Part shown: positions 9,116 through 18,282 of the stretch, in pieces
How the letters are laid out: each line of letters opens with the position of its first letter
Numbering within the stretch: position 1 is the first letter of the stretch
Assembly: GCA_041690135.1 (NCBI GenBank)
Contig: JAWLHY010000002.1
Location: forward strand, 1,221,167 to 1,285,166
DNA length: 64,000 nucleotides
Direction: 5' to 3'
From: Armatimonadota bacterium
Lineage (GTDB): Bacteria > Armatimonadota > SYMT01
The notes under the pieces: model-generated
The model's input: the letters and a program-made list of their open reading frames with translations, nothing else
Told to the model about the DNA's origin: nothing
Databases searched by the model: none
Program-made: the position numbers and the translations under genes

Positions 9116-10621
9116 TTACCGTGCCGCCCCCGGCCGCCGGGCGGCGCGGCCACTCGGTTTCGCGGGGTCATAGCGCGGGTTGGGGGTGGTGAACTTCGCT
9201 CCCACTTCTTGCTGCCACTGCTTCAGTTCTGCCTGCAACTGCCGCACGCGGTCGGGGTGCTCCCGGCTCAGGTCGCGCTGTTCCCCGGGGTCGGAGCGGA
9301 GGTTGTAGAGCTCCACGGTCGGGCCCTCGTCCCAGGCGACCAGTTTCCAGTCGCCCCGCACCACGGCTGATCCGGGAGCGCCGCCCTGGTTGCCGTAGTG
9401 GGGATAATGCCAGAACAGCGACCGCTCCGGCAACGGGCTCGTGCCGCGCAGCAGCGGAACCAGACTGCGGCCATCCAGCTTCACGCTGGCCGGCGCTGGG
9501 GCCTTCGCGCCTTCCAGCAGGGTGGGGAAGAAGTCGGGGCTGGATACCGGCGTGTCGATCTGCTTTCCGGGAGCGGCCACCCCCGGCCAGCGGATCAGGA
9601 GCGGCTCCCGGATGCCTCCCTCGTACAGCCAGCCCTTCCCGCCTCGCAGCGGGCTGTTGGAGGTGGGCCAACCTTCGCTGGTGGAAAGCCCCCCGTTATC
9701 GGAGGTGAAGACCACAATCGTGTTCTCGCGCAGCCCCAGCTCGTCTACCTTGCGCAGCACCTTGCCCACCGCCTGGTCCATCGCCTCCACCATCCCGGCG
9801 TAAACAGCGTGTTCCTGCACCAGCCGGACGTCCCGCTCGCCCTCACGGCCCCACTTCGCGGTCAGTCCCAGCCGCTGCCGTTTGGCCTCGTATTTCTCCT
9901 TCAGGTCCGGTCGCGCCATCAGCGGCGTGTGCACGTCGTAGAAGGAGAAGTAAGCCAGGAACGGCTCCTTGCGGTGGGCCTCCATGAAGCGGTTGGTCTC
10001 GGTCGCCAGCCGGTCCGGCAGGTGCTCGCCGGGAGGGCCGTCCTCCAGGCGGGGGTTCCCGTAGGGGGAGAAGTACTTCCCGCCCCCGTAGGGACCGCCG
10101 CGCTCGTGGCCGCCCCGGTTCACGTCGAACCCCTGCTTCTCCGGATAGAACGGCTCGTTGCCCAGGTGCCACTTCCCGGCGAAGAAGGTGGCATACCCGG
10201 CGCCCTTGAGCGCCTCCGCCAGCGTCACCTCTTCCAGGCCCAACTCCAGACGATAGGGAGCGGGGAGAAGACGGGTGTTGCGGTTCCAGCGGTCCGGCTG
10301 CGCCGCCCCGATGTAATCCGTAACGCCCGTGCGCTGGGGATAGCGGCCGGTCAGGATCGAGGCCCGGGTGGGGGAGCAGACCGGGCAGGCGGCGTAGGCG
10401 CGGGTGAACCGGGCGCTTTCCTGGGCCAGGCGGTCGAGGTTGGGGGTCTCGTAGAAGCTGCTGCCGCTGAAGCCGAGGTCACGAGCCCCCAGATCGTCCA
10501 CGAGGAAGAAGAGGATGTTGGGTGGGCGGTCGGCGGTGGCCCGGCGGGCTGCCAGCAGCGGCATGGCGAGCGAGGCGAGCAGCACCCCGGCGCCCGCGAG
10601 CAAGCGATGGAACCTCTTCAT
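9116..10621 (-). CDS. Sulfatase (arylsulfatase A-like), secreted
   Basis: PNILFFLVDDLG, CSPTRASILTG formylglycine motif, GKWHLG, SDNGG. Confidence 0.95.
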   Translation of the reverse strand: MKRFHRLLAGAGVLLASLAMPLLAARRATADRPPNILFFLVDDLGARDLGFSGSSFYETPNLDRLAQESARFTRAYAACPVCSPTRASILTGRYPQRTGVTDYIGAAQPDRWNRNTRLLPAPYRLELGLEEVTLAEALKGAGYATFFAGKWHLGNEPFYPEKQGFDVNRGGHERGGPYGGGKYFSPYGNPRLEDGPPGEHLPDRLATETNRFMEAHRKEPFLAYFSFYDVHTPLMARPDLKEKYEAKRQRLGLTAKWGREGERDVRLVQEHAVYAGMVEAMDQAVGKVLRKVDELGLRENTIVVFTSDNGGLSTSEGWPTSNSPLRGGKGWLYEGGIREPLLIRWPGVAAPGKQIDTPVSSPDFFPTLLEGAKAPAPASVKLDGRSLVPLLRGTSPLPERSLFWHYPHYGNQGGAPGSAVVRGDWKLVAWDEGPTVELYNLRSDPGEQRDLSREHPDRVRQLQAELKQWQQEVGAKFTTPNPRYDPAKPSGRAARRPGAAR

Positions 10622-10753
10622 CCGATCCTCCCCACCCGCCGCTGTTTCCTCGGCGCACCCGCGGGATCTCCAATGTCCCGCGCGCCAGTTCGGCGTCACC
10701 AGGAGAGTTTCGCGTAGTGAGACTCAGATTCATTCCCGCCTTGTACCCCAGGA

Positions 10754-11167
10754 TCAAGGCTTTTGGGGTTTCCAGAACTCACCAAGACGGAACTGGTACG
10801 TCACGCCCTCGCCGACCTGGCCATTTCCCCAGAGGGTGAAGACGGTATCCGCCACCTTCTCTTCTGGAACCGTGAAACGGAAAGTCCAGAGCTTGCCGTC
10901 TTCCTCCAGTTTCACCGGCGTCCCCAGGCTCTTCCGCTCTGTCTCCGAGTTTGTGAGAAAGGCTCGCCGCCCGGGCAGGGAGATGTTGCGGACATCCCGC
11001 TGGATCACGAACTCCACGCTGTCGTTCCGCGCCTCGCGGGCCTTCAGCCGGAACGTGCCCTTCTCGATGTTCTGGGGGGTCACCTTCGCCAGTGAGGTGA
11101 GCGCCCACGCTGCCGAGCTTCCCGCCAGGAGCCCCGCCGCCGCGAGCCCCGCGAATAATCTTTTCAC
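10754..11167 (-). CDS. Secreted hypothetical protein; paralog of 15454-15852
   Basis: GTG start with GGAGG upstream; signal peptide; shared VEFVIxRDV, SLGTPVKLE, LWTFRF, FTLWG, GEGVT motifs. Confidence 0.8.
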   Translation of the reverse strand: MKRLFAGLAAAGLLAGSSAAWALTSLAKVTPQNIEKGTFRLKAREARNDSVEFVIQRDVRNISLPGRRAFLTNSETERKSLGTPVKLEEDGKLWTFRFTVPEEKVADTVFTLWGNGQVGEGVTYQFRLGEFWKPQKP

Positions 11168-11323
11168 TCTTTGCCTCCTCCTCTCCGGCGCGTTCCCGCG
11201 CCTCTCCGGGTTACTGCCGGATAGATGCGAGGCGGCCCGGGAAGGTTACACCGCGCCGGAGAGAGCCCCGCGGCCGATGCCGGGAGCCCCGGCATGGTTT
11301 TCAAAGGCGCTCTCGCGCTGCGG

Positions 11324-13321
11324 CTAACCTGCGTCGGGAAGCAGGCTCCGCAGCGCGCGGGCGGCCTGGCGAGCCAGTTGACCTCGGGTCGGTGTCGTGC
11401 CTTCCAGGTGCAGTTCCGCGGAGACCTCCGGGCGAGCGCCGATCGGCCGCACCTCCGCGAGCCGCATGCGGACCGCCTCGATCTCCGCGGGTCGCGTTTT
11501 TCGCTCCGGCCCAAACTCCGGCCCCGGCGAGTCCATCAGGCCGTAGAGGGTAGCGAGCTGGACCTCCTTCCAGGTTTGCGTGCCGTGTGGGAGATCGGGA
11601 TAGTAGTCAAGGGAGAGGGTGCTGCCGGCATCCAGGAGAGTCTCCTGGACGAGGAGGGGCGGGACTGAACCCGGCGCGCACCGCAGGTGGACCGCCAGGG
11701 CGGCGATGGCGCCGGCGGCCTGTCCGGTAAGCATCGTGCTGGGTTGGAGGCGGGTGGCGCCGCTCGCCAGCCGGGACTGCGACAGGTTCTTCTCCGCGGC
11801 CACGAAGCCGTCCACCCCCTCCGGGGTGAAGCATTCGAACGGGATCTGGAACGGACCGTAACCCCACTGGATCCACCGGGCCGGGAGGTCTTCCGGCAGG
11901 TCCAGGTCCGCTTCGATGGAGGTGGCGGGGTCCAGCGCGCCGTGCACGTCGATCGGGTAGTCCCCGAGAGCCACGGCCGTTGGGAAGCGGACCGGGCGGT
12001 TGGCGCCGTTGCGGCGGATGTCGCGCGCCTTGAGGGCATAGGCTCCCACGATCCGGCGGCTCTCTCGCACGTAAGCCATCACCGGGAAGTGATCCAGCAC
12101 GTCCCGGTAGGGCGCCAGCTCGGGCCGGCGGCGGATCAGCGCAACATTCCGGGCGCGGTTGTACGGGGTGTTGTAGCCGAGGTCGTCGGCCACGGACCAG
12201 TCCGTCTTGCCGAGGACGTTCTGGAAGTAGTAGATCACCCCCAGGGTTCGGAGACGGCACTGCACCTCCGCCTCTTCTCTACGGCGGGGGTCCTCCACGT
12301 CGCGGGCATCGAAGGGGTGGTCATTCGGTGTGAAGTTGATATGGGTCCGTGTGAGGGGGAGATCGGTGCCGTTCCGCGCGTTGAGCGGCAGGGCGGAGTC
12401 CGGCATCCCGCGATACCGGAGGAAGCGGGTCCAGTTCCACGGCCGGCGCGGGGAGCCGTCCCCCTCCAGGGAGAGGTGGCCGCGGAGCTCGCGCTCGTGA
12501 TAGCCGGGAGGGGGAGTCTTCACCCGTAGCCGCTCCGGGGCACCGCCGGGATAGTGCCGGATGCTGGCGGTCCAGGTATTCGGCTGGACCGGTGGGGCCG
12601 GGTCGCCCTCGCCCCATGGGCGGTCCCAGATCCGGTTCCCCAGCCGGTAGCGGAGCCCGGCCAGCGGCAACAGATCGCCGTACTCCGTGGCATCGATCAG
12701 GACCGTGGAGGCGATCCGCCGCGTGACAGGGCGCGCTCCGCCCTCAATCGAGAGCGTCACGCCGGTGATCCGGTCGCCTTCCCGCTGGACCCGCGTCACC
12801 TCCGTGCGGAGCGAGAGATCGAGCACCACGGCTCCCCGGCCGGGAAACCGGAGCCGGCGCGTGTCTCGCAGGATGTCGTACAGGAGTTCCTGGGCGACGT
12901 GTGGCTCGACGGAAAAATGGTCTTCCGATACCGCGCTGGTGTCGGTGGACTGGCCGAGAGCGCGGTAAAAGGCCACCGCGCGCCGGTGGAACTCTCCGTA
13001 GACGCCGCGCTCCCGGACGCGGGCGCGCGGGGGGTATCCCTCATCCATGCTGGAGACGCCCGCCGCGGTCATCTGGCCGCCGATCCAGTCGGTGGACTCC
13101 ACCAGCAGCACGCTCGCACCCAGCCGCGCCGCCTGAAGCGCGGCCGCCGCGCCTCCGGTCCCCGCCCCGGCCACGATTACGTCGTAGTGCTCCCGCAGCC
13201 GCTCGGGCGGAGTGCCGTGAGTCTTACTGGGGTCGGGGGTGCCTCCGCCCTGTGCCCAGCCGGGTAATGGGCCCAGCAGCGAAAGCCCGGCCCCCTGCAT
13301 CACCTGTCGTCGTGTCGTCAT
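11324..13321 (-). CDS. FAD-dependent oxidoreductase (FAD_oxidored family), Tat-type signal
   Basis: TTRRQVM; DVIVAGAGTGG, IGGQMT, IDATEYGD, YVRESRRI, AEKNLSQS..ATRLQP..GQAAG. Confidence 0.88.
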   Translation of the reverse strand: MTTRRQVMQGAGLSLLGPLPGWAQGGGTPDPSKTHGTPPERLREHYDVIVAGAGTGGAAAALQAARLGASVLLVESTDWIGGQMTAAGVSSMDEGYPPRARVRERGVYGEFHRRAVAFYRALGQSTDTSAVSEDHFSVEPHVAQELLYDILRDTRRLRFPGRGAVVLDLSLRTEVTRVQREGDRITGVTLSIEGGARPVTRRIASTVLIDATEYGDLLPLAGLRYRLGNRIWDRPWGEGDPAPPVQPNTWTASIRHYPGGAPERLRVKTPPPGYHERELRGHLSLEGDGSPRRPWNWTRFLRYRGMPDSALPLNARNGTDLPLTRTHINFTPNDHPFDARDVEDPRRREEAEVQCRLRTLGVIYYFQNVLGKTDWSVADDLGYNTPYNRARNVALIRRRPELAPYRDVLDHFPVMAYVRESRRIVGAYALKARDIRRNGANRPVRFPTAVALGDYPIDVHGALDPATSIEADLDLPEDLPARWIQWGYGPFQIPFECFTPEGVDGFVAAEKNLSQSRLASGATRLQPSTMLTGQAAGAIAALAVHLRCAPGSVPPLLVQETLLDAGSTLSLDYYPDLPHGTQTWKEVQLATLYGLMDSPGPEFGPERKTRPAEIEAVRMRLAEVRPIGARPEVSAELHLEGTTPTRGQLARQAARALRSLLPDAG

Positions 13322-13428
13322 CTTCACCCTCCACCGCTTCACACACCGTATCTACTTCCCGGCGCTGCGCCCTCGGACCTCCAGGTTCTGCTTGCGCCGT
13401 GCCGGCGGGCCGTGCTAGGCTAGGGGCA

Positions 13429-13482
13429 ATGATTTCCCGTCTCACCCTTTGCCCCATCGCGATTATTTCGTCCGTCAATTGA
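13429..13482 (+). CDS. Putative ilvA attenuator leader peptide (MISRLTLCPIAIISSVN)
   Basis: 17 codons with clustered Ile codons, directly upstream of the terminator and ilvA. Confidence 0.7.
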   Translation: MISRLTLCPIAIISSVN

Positions 13483-13551
13483 CGGACGGTTTTTCGCGCG
13501 ACATTCAGTTGAACAGCCCCGCGAAGGCCCTCCGTCCGGAGGGCCTTTTTT
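13468..13551 (+). promoter_or_regulatory. Transcription attenuator (pause hairpin, antiterminator, intrinsic terminator)
   Basis: CGTCCGTC-AATT-GACGGACG hairpin over the leader stop; terminator AAGGCCCTCC..GGAGGGCCTTTTTT at 13524-13551; GGACGG can alternatively pair with CCGTCC in the terminator. Confidence 0.75.
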
Positions 13552-13567
13552 GTTGCTCCATCTTGCT

Positions 13568-14821
13568 ATGCCACACCCGGAATTCAGCCTGGACCTGATC
13601 CACGAGGCGACGGAACGCCTCCGGCCCATCGTGACCCGCACGCCACTGGAGCGCAACGAGCGTCTTTCCCGACGTTACGGCGCGGAGATCTTCTTGAAGC
13701 GGGAAGATTTGCAGGTGGTACGGAGTTATAAGCTGCGCGGCGCGTACAACCGGATCGCCGTTCTGACCCCGCGCGAGCGGAAACGGGGGGTGGTGTGCGC
13801 CAGTGCCGGCAACCACGCGCAAGGGGTAGCCTTTGCCTGCGCCCGGCTGGGTATCCCAGGTACCGTCTTCATGCCGGCCAATACGCCCCGGCAAAAGGTG
13901 GCGCGGGTCCGTTCCTTCGGCGGTGCGACGGTATCGGTCCGCTTGGCCGGGGATACCTTCGATGCCGCCAAGGACGCGGCACTGCGGGAAGCCGCCACGA
14001 CCGGAGCCGCCTTCATCGACCCGTTTGACGATGCGCGGGTCATTGCCGGGCAGGCGACGGTGGGCGTGGAGATCGTGGCGCAAGGAGCTGCGCCGGCGGA
14101 TTGGGTAGTGGGACCGATTGGCGGTGGCGGGTTGATGGCCGGGTTGGGCATCTATCTCAAGCACGTTTGGCCCACCGTGCGCCTGGTGGGTGTGGAACCC
14201 GAGGGAGCCGCCTCGATGGAGGCCGCCTTTACCCACGGCGGGCCGGTGACGTTGGAGACGCTGGACACGTTTGTGGATGGGGCGGCCGTGCGGCGGGTGG
14301 GGGCTCTCCCTTACATGCTGTGCCGGGCGGTGCTGGACGGCCTGCAAACAGTGGAAGCGGGGGCCAACTGCAGCACCATGATCGAGCTGTACCAGAACGA
14401 GGGGATCGTAACCGAACCGGCCGGCGCGCTCGCCATTAGTGCCCTGGACGCTCTGGCGGACGAGATTACAGGGCAGCGGGTCGTCTGTATCGTCAGCGGG
14501 GGCAATAACGACCTGGCCCGCTATCCGGAGATTCTGGAGCGCAGCCTGGTTCACCAGGGCCTGAAGCACTATTTTCTGATCGACTTTGCGCAGCGGCCCG
14601 GCGCCCTGCGCCGCTACCTGGACGAAGCGCTGGGGCCGGACGACGATATCACCCTCTTTGAATACGTGAAGAAGAACAACCGGGAGTTCGGGCCCGCGCT
14701 GGTCGGCATTGAACTGGCGGACCCGGACCAACTCTCGCCGCTGCTGGCCCGGATGGACGGCCTGGGCATGGCTTACGAGCGGCTGGACCCCGCCAACCCA
14801 CTGCGGCGGTTCCTGGTGTAA
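13568..14821 (+). CDS. ilvA: Threonine ammonia-lyase (biosynthetic, short form)
   Basis: KREDLQVVRSYKLRGAYN (PLP Lys), SAGNHAQG, IGGGGL, SGGNND, C-terminal GLKHYF..QRPGAL regulatory domain. Confidence 0.96.
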   Translation: MPHPEFSLDLIHEATERLRPIVTRTPLERNERLSRRYGAEIFLKREDLQVVRSYKLRGAYNRIAVLTPRERKRGVVCASAGNHAQGVAFACARLGIPGTVFMPANTPRQKVARVRSFGGATVSVRLAGDTFDAAKDAALREAATTGAAFIDPFDDARVIAGQATVGVEIVAQGAAPADWVVGPIGGGGLMAGLGIYLKHVWPTVRLVGVEPEGAASMEAAFTHGGPVTLETLDTFVDGAAVRRVGALPYMLCRAVLDGLQTVEAGANCSTMIELYQNEGIVTEPAGALAISALDALADEITGQRVVCIVSGGNNDLARYPEILERSLVHQGLKHYFLIDFAQRPGALRRYLDEALGPDDDITLFEYVKKNNREFGPALVGIELADPDQLSPLLARMDGLGMAYERLDPANPLRRFLV

Positions 14822-15027
14822 GGGTTGCGGGTCCTACCCCTTTTCGCAAGATCCGGTACGGGGTCGTTCGCGACAGACGCGGCTGGCCACACGACTGTAA
14901 GGCTGCGTGCCAGATCTTGACGAAGTTGGACCGCCAACCCGGCTTGACGGGCGATCGTTCAGAAAGCTCGCTTCCACCGGGAACGCCTCCGGACTACACT
15001 GATTGAGAATACATGTTGGGAGCCTTC

Positions 15028-15450
15028 ATGATCAGACCCTATGAGAGCGGCGATACCGAAGCGATCATTGACGTGTGGTATCAAGCATCCATCCGTGCCC
15101 ACGACTTCGTGCCGGCCGAATTCTGGGAAGCGGAAGTGGAGAATATACGGAACACGTATCTCCCCCTCGCACAGACCTGGGTCTACGAGAGCGATGGTAA
15201 GGTCGTTGGGTTCATCTCTCTCCTGGATGATCACATCGGAGGGCTCTTCGTACATCCGGAGCAGCAGGGAAAGGGTGTTGGGACGGAGCTCATTCAATTT
15301 GCCCGGGAACTGCGAGGCTGGCTGTCACTCCTGGTATTCAAAGAGAATGCCCGGTCGCGCGCTTTCTATGAGAAGTGTGGATTCAGCGCGAAGGAAGAGA
15401 GCCTTCATGAGCCCACGGGCTGCGTTCAGGTGAGAATGGAACTCCCGTAG
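15028..15450 (+). CDS. GNAT N-acetyltransferase
   Basis: AHDFV..FW, GGLFVHPEQQGKGVG, N..AFYEKCGF. Confidence 0.9.
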   Translation: MIRPYESGDTEAIIDVWYQASIRAHDFVPAEFWEAEVENIRNTYLPLAQTWVYESDGKVVGFISLLDDHIGGLFVHPEQQGKGVGTELIQFARELRGWLSLLVFKENARSRAFYEKCGFSAKEESLHEPTGCVQVRMELP

Positions 15451-15453
15451 CGC

Positions 15454-15852
15454 TCATCGAAACTCGCCCATGTGGAAGCGGAACGTCACGCCTTCACCGT
15501 ATAAGCCCTGCCCCCACAGGGTGAACTGGCGTTTTGCGACCTCTTTCGCGGGAACCGAGAAGCGGAAGGTCCAGAGTGTGCCGTCCCGCTCCAGCTTCAC
15601 CGGCGTTCCCAGGCTCCGCGAATTGACGGCGAGTGTCGAGACGTAGCCGCGGGATCCGGGTCCCTTGATGCCGCTCACGTCCCGGCGGATCACGAACTCC
15701 ACATGGTGGTCGCCGGACGCTTTGCTGGAAAGCTGGAAGCCATGTTCCTTGAGGTTCTTCGGCGTCACGTGTACGAGCGCGGTGTCCGCGCGGGCCGCGG
15801 TGGTGACCCACAAGAGGCCTGCTGCGGCCAGACCAGCAACAATCCATTTCAT
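15454..15852 (-). CDS. Secreted hypothetical protein; paralog of 10754-11167
   Basis: Signal peptide ending ARA; same conserved blocks as 10754-11167. Confidence 0.8.
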   Translation of the reverse strand: MKWIVAGLAAAGLLWVTTAARADTALVHVTPKNLKEHGFQLSSKASGDHHVEFVIRRDVSGIKGPGSRGYVSTLAVNSRSLGTPVKLERDGTLWTFRFSVPAKEVAKRQFTLWGQGLYGEGVTFRFHMGEFR

Positions 15853-16315
15853 CTTTCACCTCCCCGACCCGGGGCGCTCGCCTGTGCCCTTGTGGTCCCA
15901 TCCGGTTAGATGCGAGGCGTTCACGGAGGTTACGCTGGTGCCGCTGGCTCATTCTAATCTGGAGCCCATCGAGAAGCACTGGCTGCGGTCCGGGTGGCTC
16001 TCAAGTACAGGGGTTGGCCGCTGTCCGGCCACATCGCCACGGTTGGCACCTGCCAGTGCCTGGGAAGCGGTGTTTCCCATCCGCGGTACGGCTCCGCCGC
16101 GAAACTCAGCGAGGCCGTGCTGGAAATGCTGCGTGGGGCGGATGCGTCCGCCTTCCTCCAGGTGGTGGGCCCGGAGGGTCCGTTCCACGGTACCGATGCC
16201 CATGTCGCGGTCGGCTACCGGCTTCACTCCTGTTCCTGGTACGGCCGGGGTTCTGGCTGTCGTTCCGTCACATCTACATCGGCAAGTAGGGCTGGAATTT
16301 CTCGAGGATACAGAA

Positions 16316-16885
16316 GTGAGAACCGACGAGATCAAAGATCGCGACAGCTTGCTCTCCGCACTGCGAGGGGGACTGGAACCGGAGTATCTCTTCTTCTGGG
16401 GGCACAAACCTCTGCCGGGAGGGAAGATCGGTAAACCCTGTCTTTCGCAGTGGTGGCCGGCGACCTTTACCCTGGAAGGCGAGCGCTATCCCACGGCCGA
16501 GCACTTCATGATGGCCGAGAAGGCGATGCTCTTTGAAGATGCCGAGGTGCGAGCCAGGATTCTCCAGGCGGCGAGCCCCAGCGCCGCGAAGCGGCTCGGT
16601 CGCCAGGTGCGGGGGTTCCAACAAGACCGCTGGGAAGAGGCGCGCAGCGAAATCGTGGTCCGGGGCAACCTCGCCAAGTTCTCGCAGAACCCCCTACTGC
16701 GCGACTTCCTGCTCGACACGGGAGATCGGGTGCTGGTGGAGGCGAGCCCCGTGGACCGGATCTGGGGCATCGGCCTGGCTGCCGATGATCCCCGGGCGGA
16801 GAACCCGGAGCAGTGGCGGGGTCTCAACCTGCTCGGCTTTGCCCTGATGGAGGTCCGGTGGTTGCTACGGGAGCCCGCAGAATGA
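16316..16885 (+). CDS. NADAR family protein (YbiA/DUF1768)
   Basis: FFWGH, CLSQW, TAEHFMMAEKA, LVEASPVDRIWGIG, GLNLLGFALMEVR; GTG start inferred. Confidence 0.92.
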   Translation: MRTDEIKDRDSLLSALRGGLEPEYLFFWGHKPLPGGKIGKPCLSQWWPATFTLEGERYPTAEHFMMAEKAMLFEDAEVRARILQAASPSAAKRLGRQVRGFQQDRWEEARSEIVVRGNLAKFSQNPLLRDFLLDTGDRVLVEASPVDRIWGIGLAADDPRAENPEQWRGLNLLGFALMEVRWLLREPAE

Positions 16886-16959
16886 CGCTCCCGGTAGTGC
16901 ACAGGCACCTCCGCAGAGTATGCGGGAACTGCGAGCATTTCTTACTACTGGAGAAGCCT

Positions 16960-17199
16960 ATGCCACGTCCACGTCCGCGAGTTGTTCCGGTCAAGCTCCC
17001 CTTGTTCGATTATGAAGGCTGGGCCGCGCGATTGGTGAAGAGCATCCGTCACGGCCAACCCGTGGAGGCTGCCATCGGCTCGGTGGAAGCGTATGCGCGA
17101 GAGGTGCGGGATGTCGAATGCGCCCGCGAGGCCGCACGCCTAGTGGGATTTGACGCGGACCAGATCCGGACCCGCTCGTTCACGGCAACTGAGGTCTGA
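16960..17199 (+). CDS. Small hypothetical protein
   Basis: ATG with GGAG upstream; 79 codons; no recognised family. Confidence 0.4.
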   Translation: MPRPRPRVVPVKLPLFDYEGWAARLVKSIRHGQPVEAAIGSVEAYAREVRDVECAREAARLVGFDADQIRTRSFTATEV

Positions 17200-17213
17200 A
17201 TGTAGAAGCGTGA

Positions 17214-18266
17214 CTACCTGCCTTCCAGCAGGCGGATCAGCGCTTCGAACTCTGCCACGCGCTCCGGGGTCATGTACCCGGGCCTCATCTCCATGTTTGC
17301 CTGAAGCTGATCCCGGTGGTATTCCGGGGCGCTCAGTTCCCGTCCGTTGCGGACCTGAGGATCCGCTCCGCGCGCCAGCAGCAGGCGCCCCAACTCCGGA
17401 TAACGCGGGCTCAGATACATCAGCGGAGTGCTGCCCGCGTCACCCTCCATCGTGTCCTGCGCGTTGGGATCGGCGCCCCGATCCAGCAGGAGACGGGCCG
17501 TTTCGATAGCGCCCCGGTTTGCCGCCCACATCAGCGGCGTGGCGCCGCGGTCGTCGCGGGCGTCCACCTCCGCCCCGCGGTCCAGCAGCGCCCGCGCGAC
17601 CTCGACCAGTTCACGCATCGCCGCCAGCGAAAGGGGTGGGGTGGCTTCATCCCCCGCGGCATTCACGTCCGCGCCCCGCTCGATCAGCAGGAGCGCCGCC
17701 TCGGTGTGCCGGCCCTGGATCGCAAGGTGGAGCGGCGTGAACCCGTACCGGTCCCGGCAGTTCACCGGTTCCCCGCGGGCGAGCAGCTTTGCGATTTTGG
17801 CCGTGTCGCCCGCCTCCGCCGCCTTGAGCAGGGGGGAGTAACGCTTTCGCGGGACCTTGACCCCATCATCCACCTGCTCGGCGGTCACCTCCCCGCGCGG
17901 CTCGGTGGGGAAGAGATCGATGCGGATTCCTGTCTCGTCTGCGTACGCGTCGAACGCCCCCTCACCGAGGCCGTCGCTCCACTGCGCGCGGGTTTCCTCC
18001 ACCAGCGCCGCCAGTTCCCGCGGCTTGAGTGCTCGCGGGGCGTGATACTCCGTCACTACCCGCAGACCCCCTGGCTCGGGCTTGAAGGCGATCTGCAAAC
18101 TCCCACCGATGATCCCGATCTCGTCGAGCGGCGGCGTGTCCAGGTAGTTCGAGCACACGTCGTCGTCATACCGGACACCGTCGAGTTGTCTCAGGCGTTC
18201 CGGACTGGTGATCTCGGTCCCTCCGGAGTCGAATGCGGCAGCCGGGCCGGTAATTATAATCTTCAT
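17214..18266 (-). CDS. Ankyrin repeat protein with uncharacterised N-terminal domain
   Basis: Repeated TPLH/TPLM..A..G..LL.RGADVN units. Confidence 0.9.
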   Translation of the reverse strand: MKIIITGPAAAFDSGGTEITSPERLRQLDGVRYDDDVCSNYLDTPPLDEIGIIGGSLQIAFKPEPGGLRVVTEYHAPRALKPRELAALVEETRAQWSDGLGEGAFDAYADETGIRIDLFPTEPRGEVTAEQVDDGVKVPRKRYSPLLKAAEAGDTAKIAKLLARGEPVNCRDRYGFTPLHLAIQGRHTEAALLLIERGADVNAAGDEATPPLSLAAMRELVEVARALLDRGAEVDARDDRGATPLMWAANRGAIETARLLLDRGADPNAQDTMEGDAGSTPLMYLSPRYPELGRLLLARGADPQVRNGRELSAPEYHRDQLQANMEMRPGYMTPERVAEFEALIRLLEGR

Positions 18267-18282
18267 TGCTGAACAGTCGGGG

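Noticed and set aside
15950-16290. Possible gene remnant upstream of NADAR
   Set aside because: Protein-like pieces occur in different frames, but I could not assign a family.
5067-16885. ADP-ribosylglycohydrolase plus NADAR as an ADP-ribosylation system
   Set aside because: They are about 10 kb apart on opposite strands, the first is secreted, and no ADP-ribosyltransferase toxin is visible.
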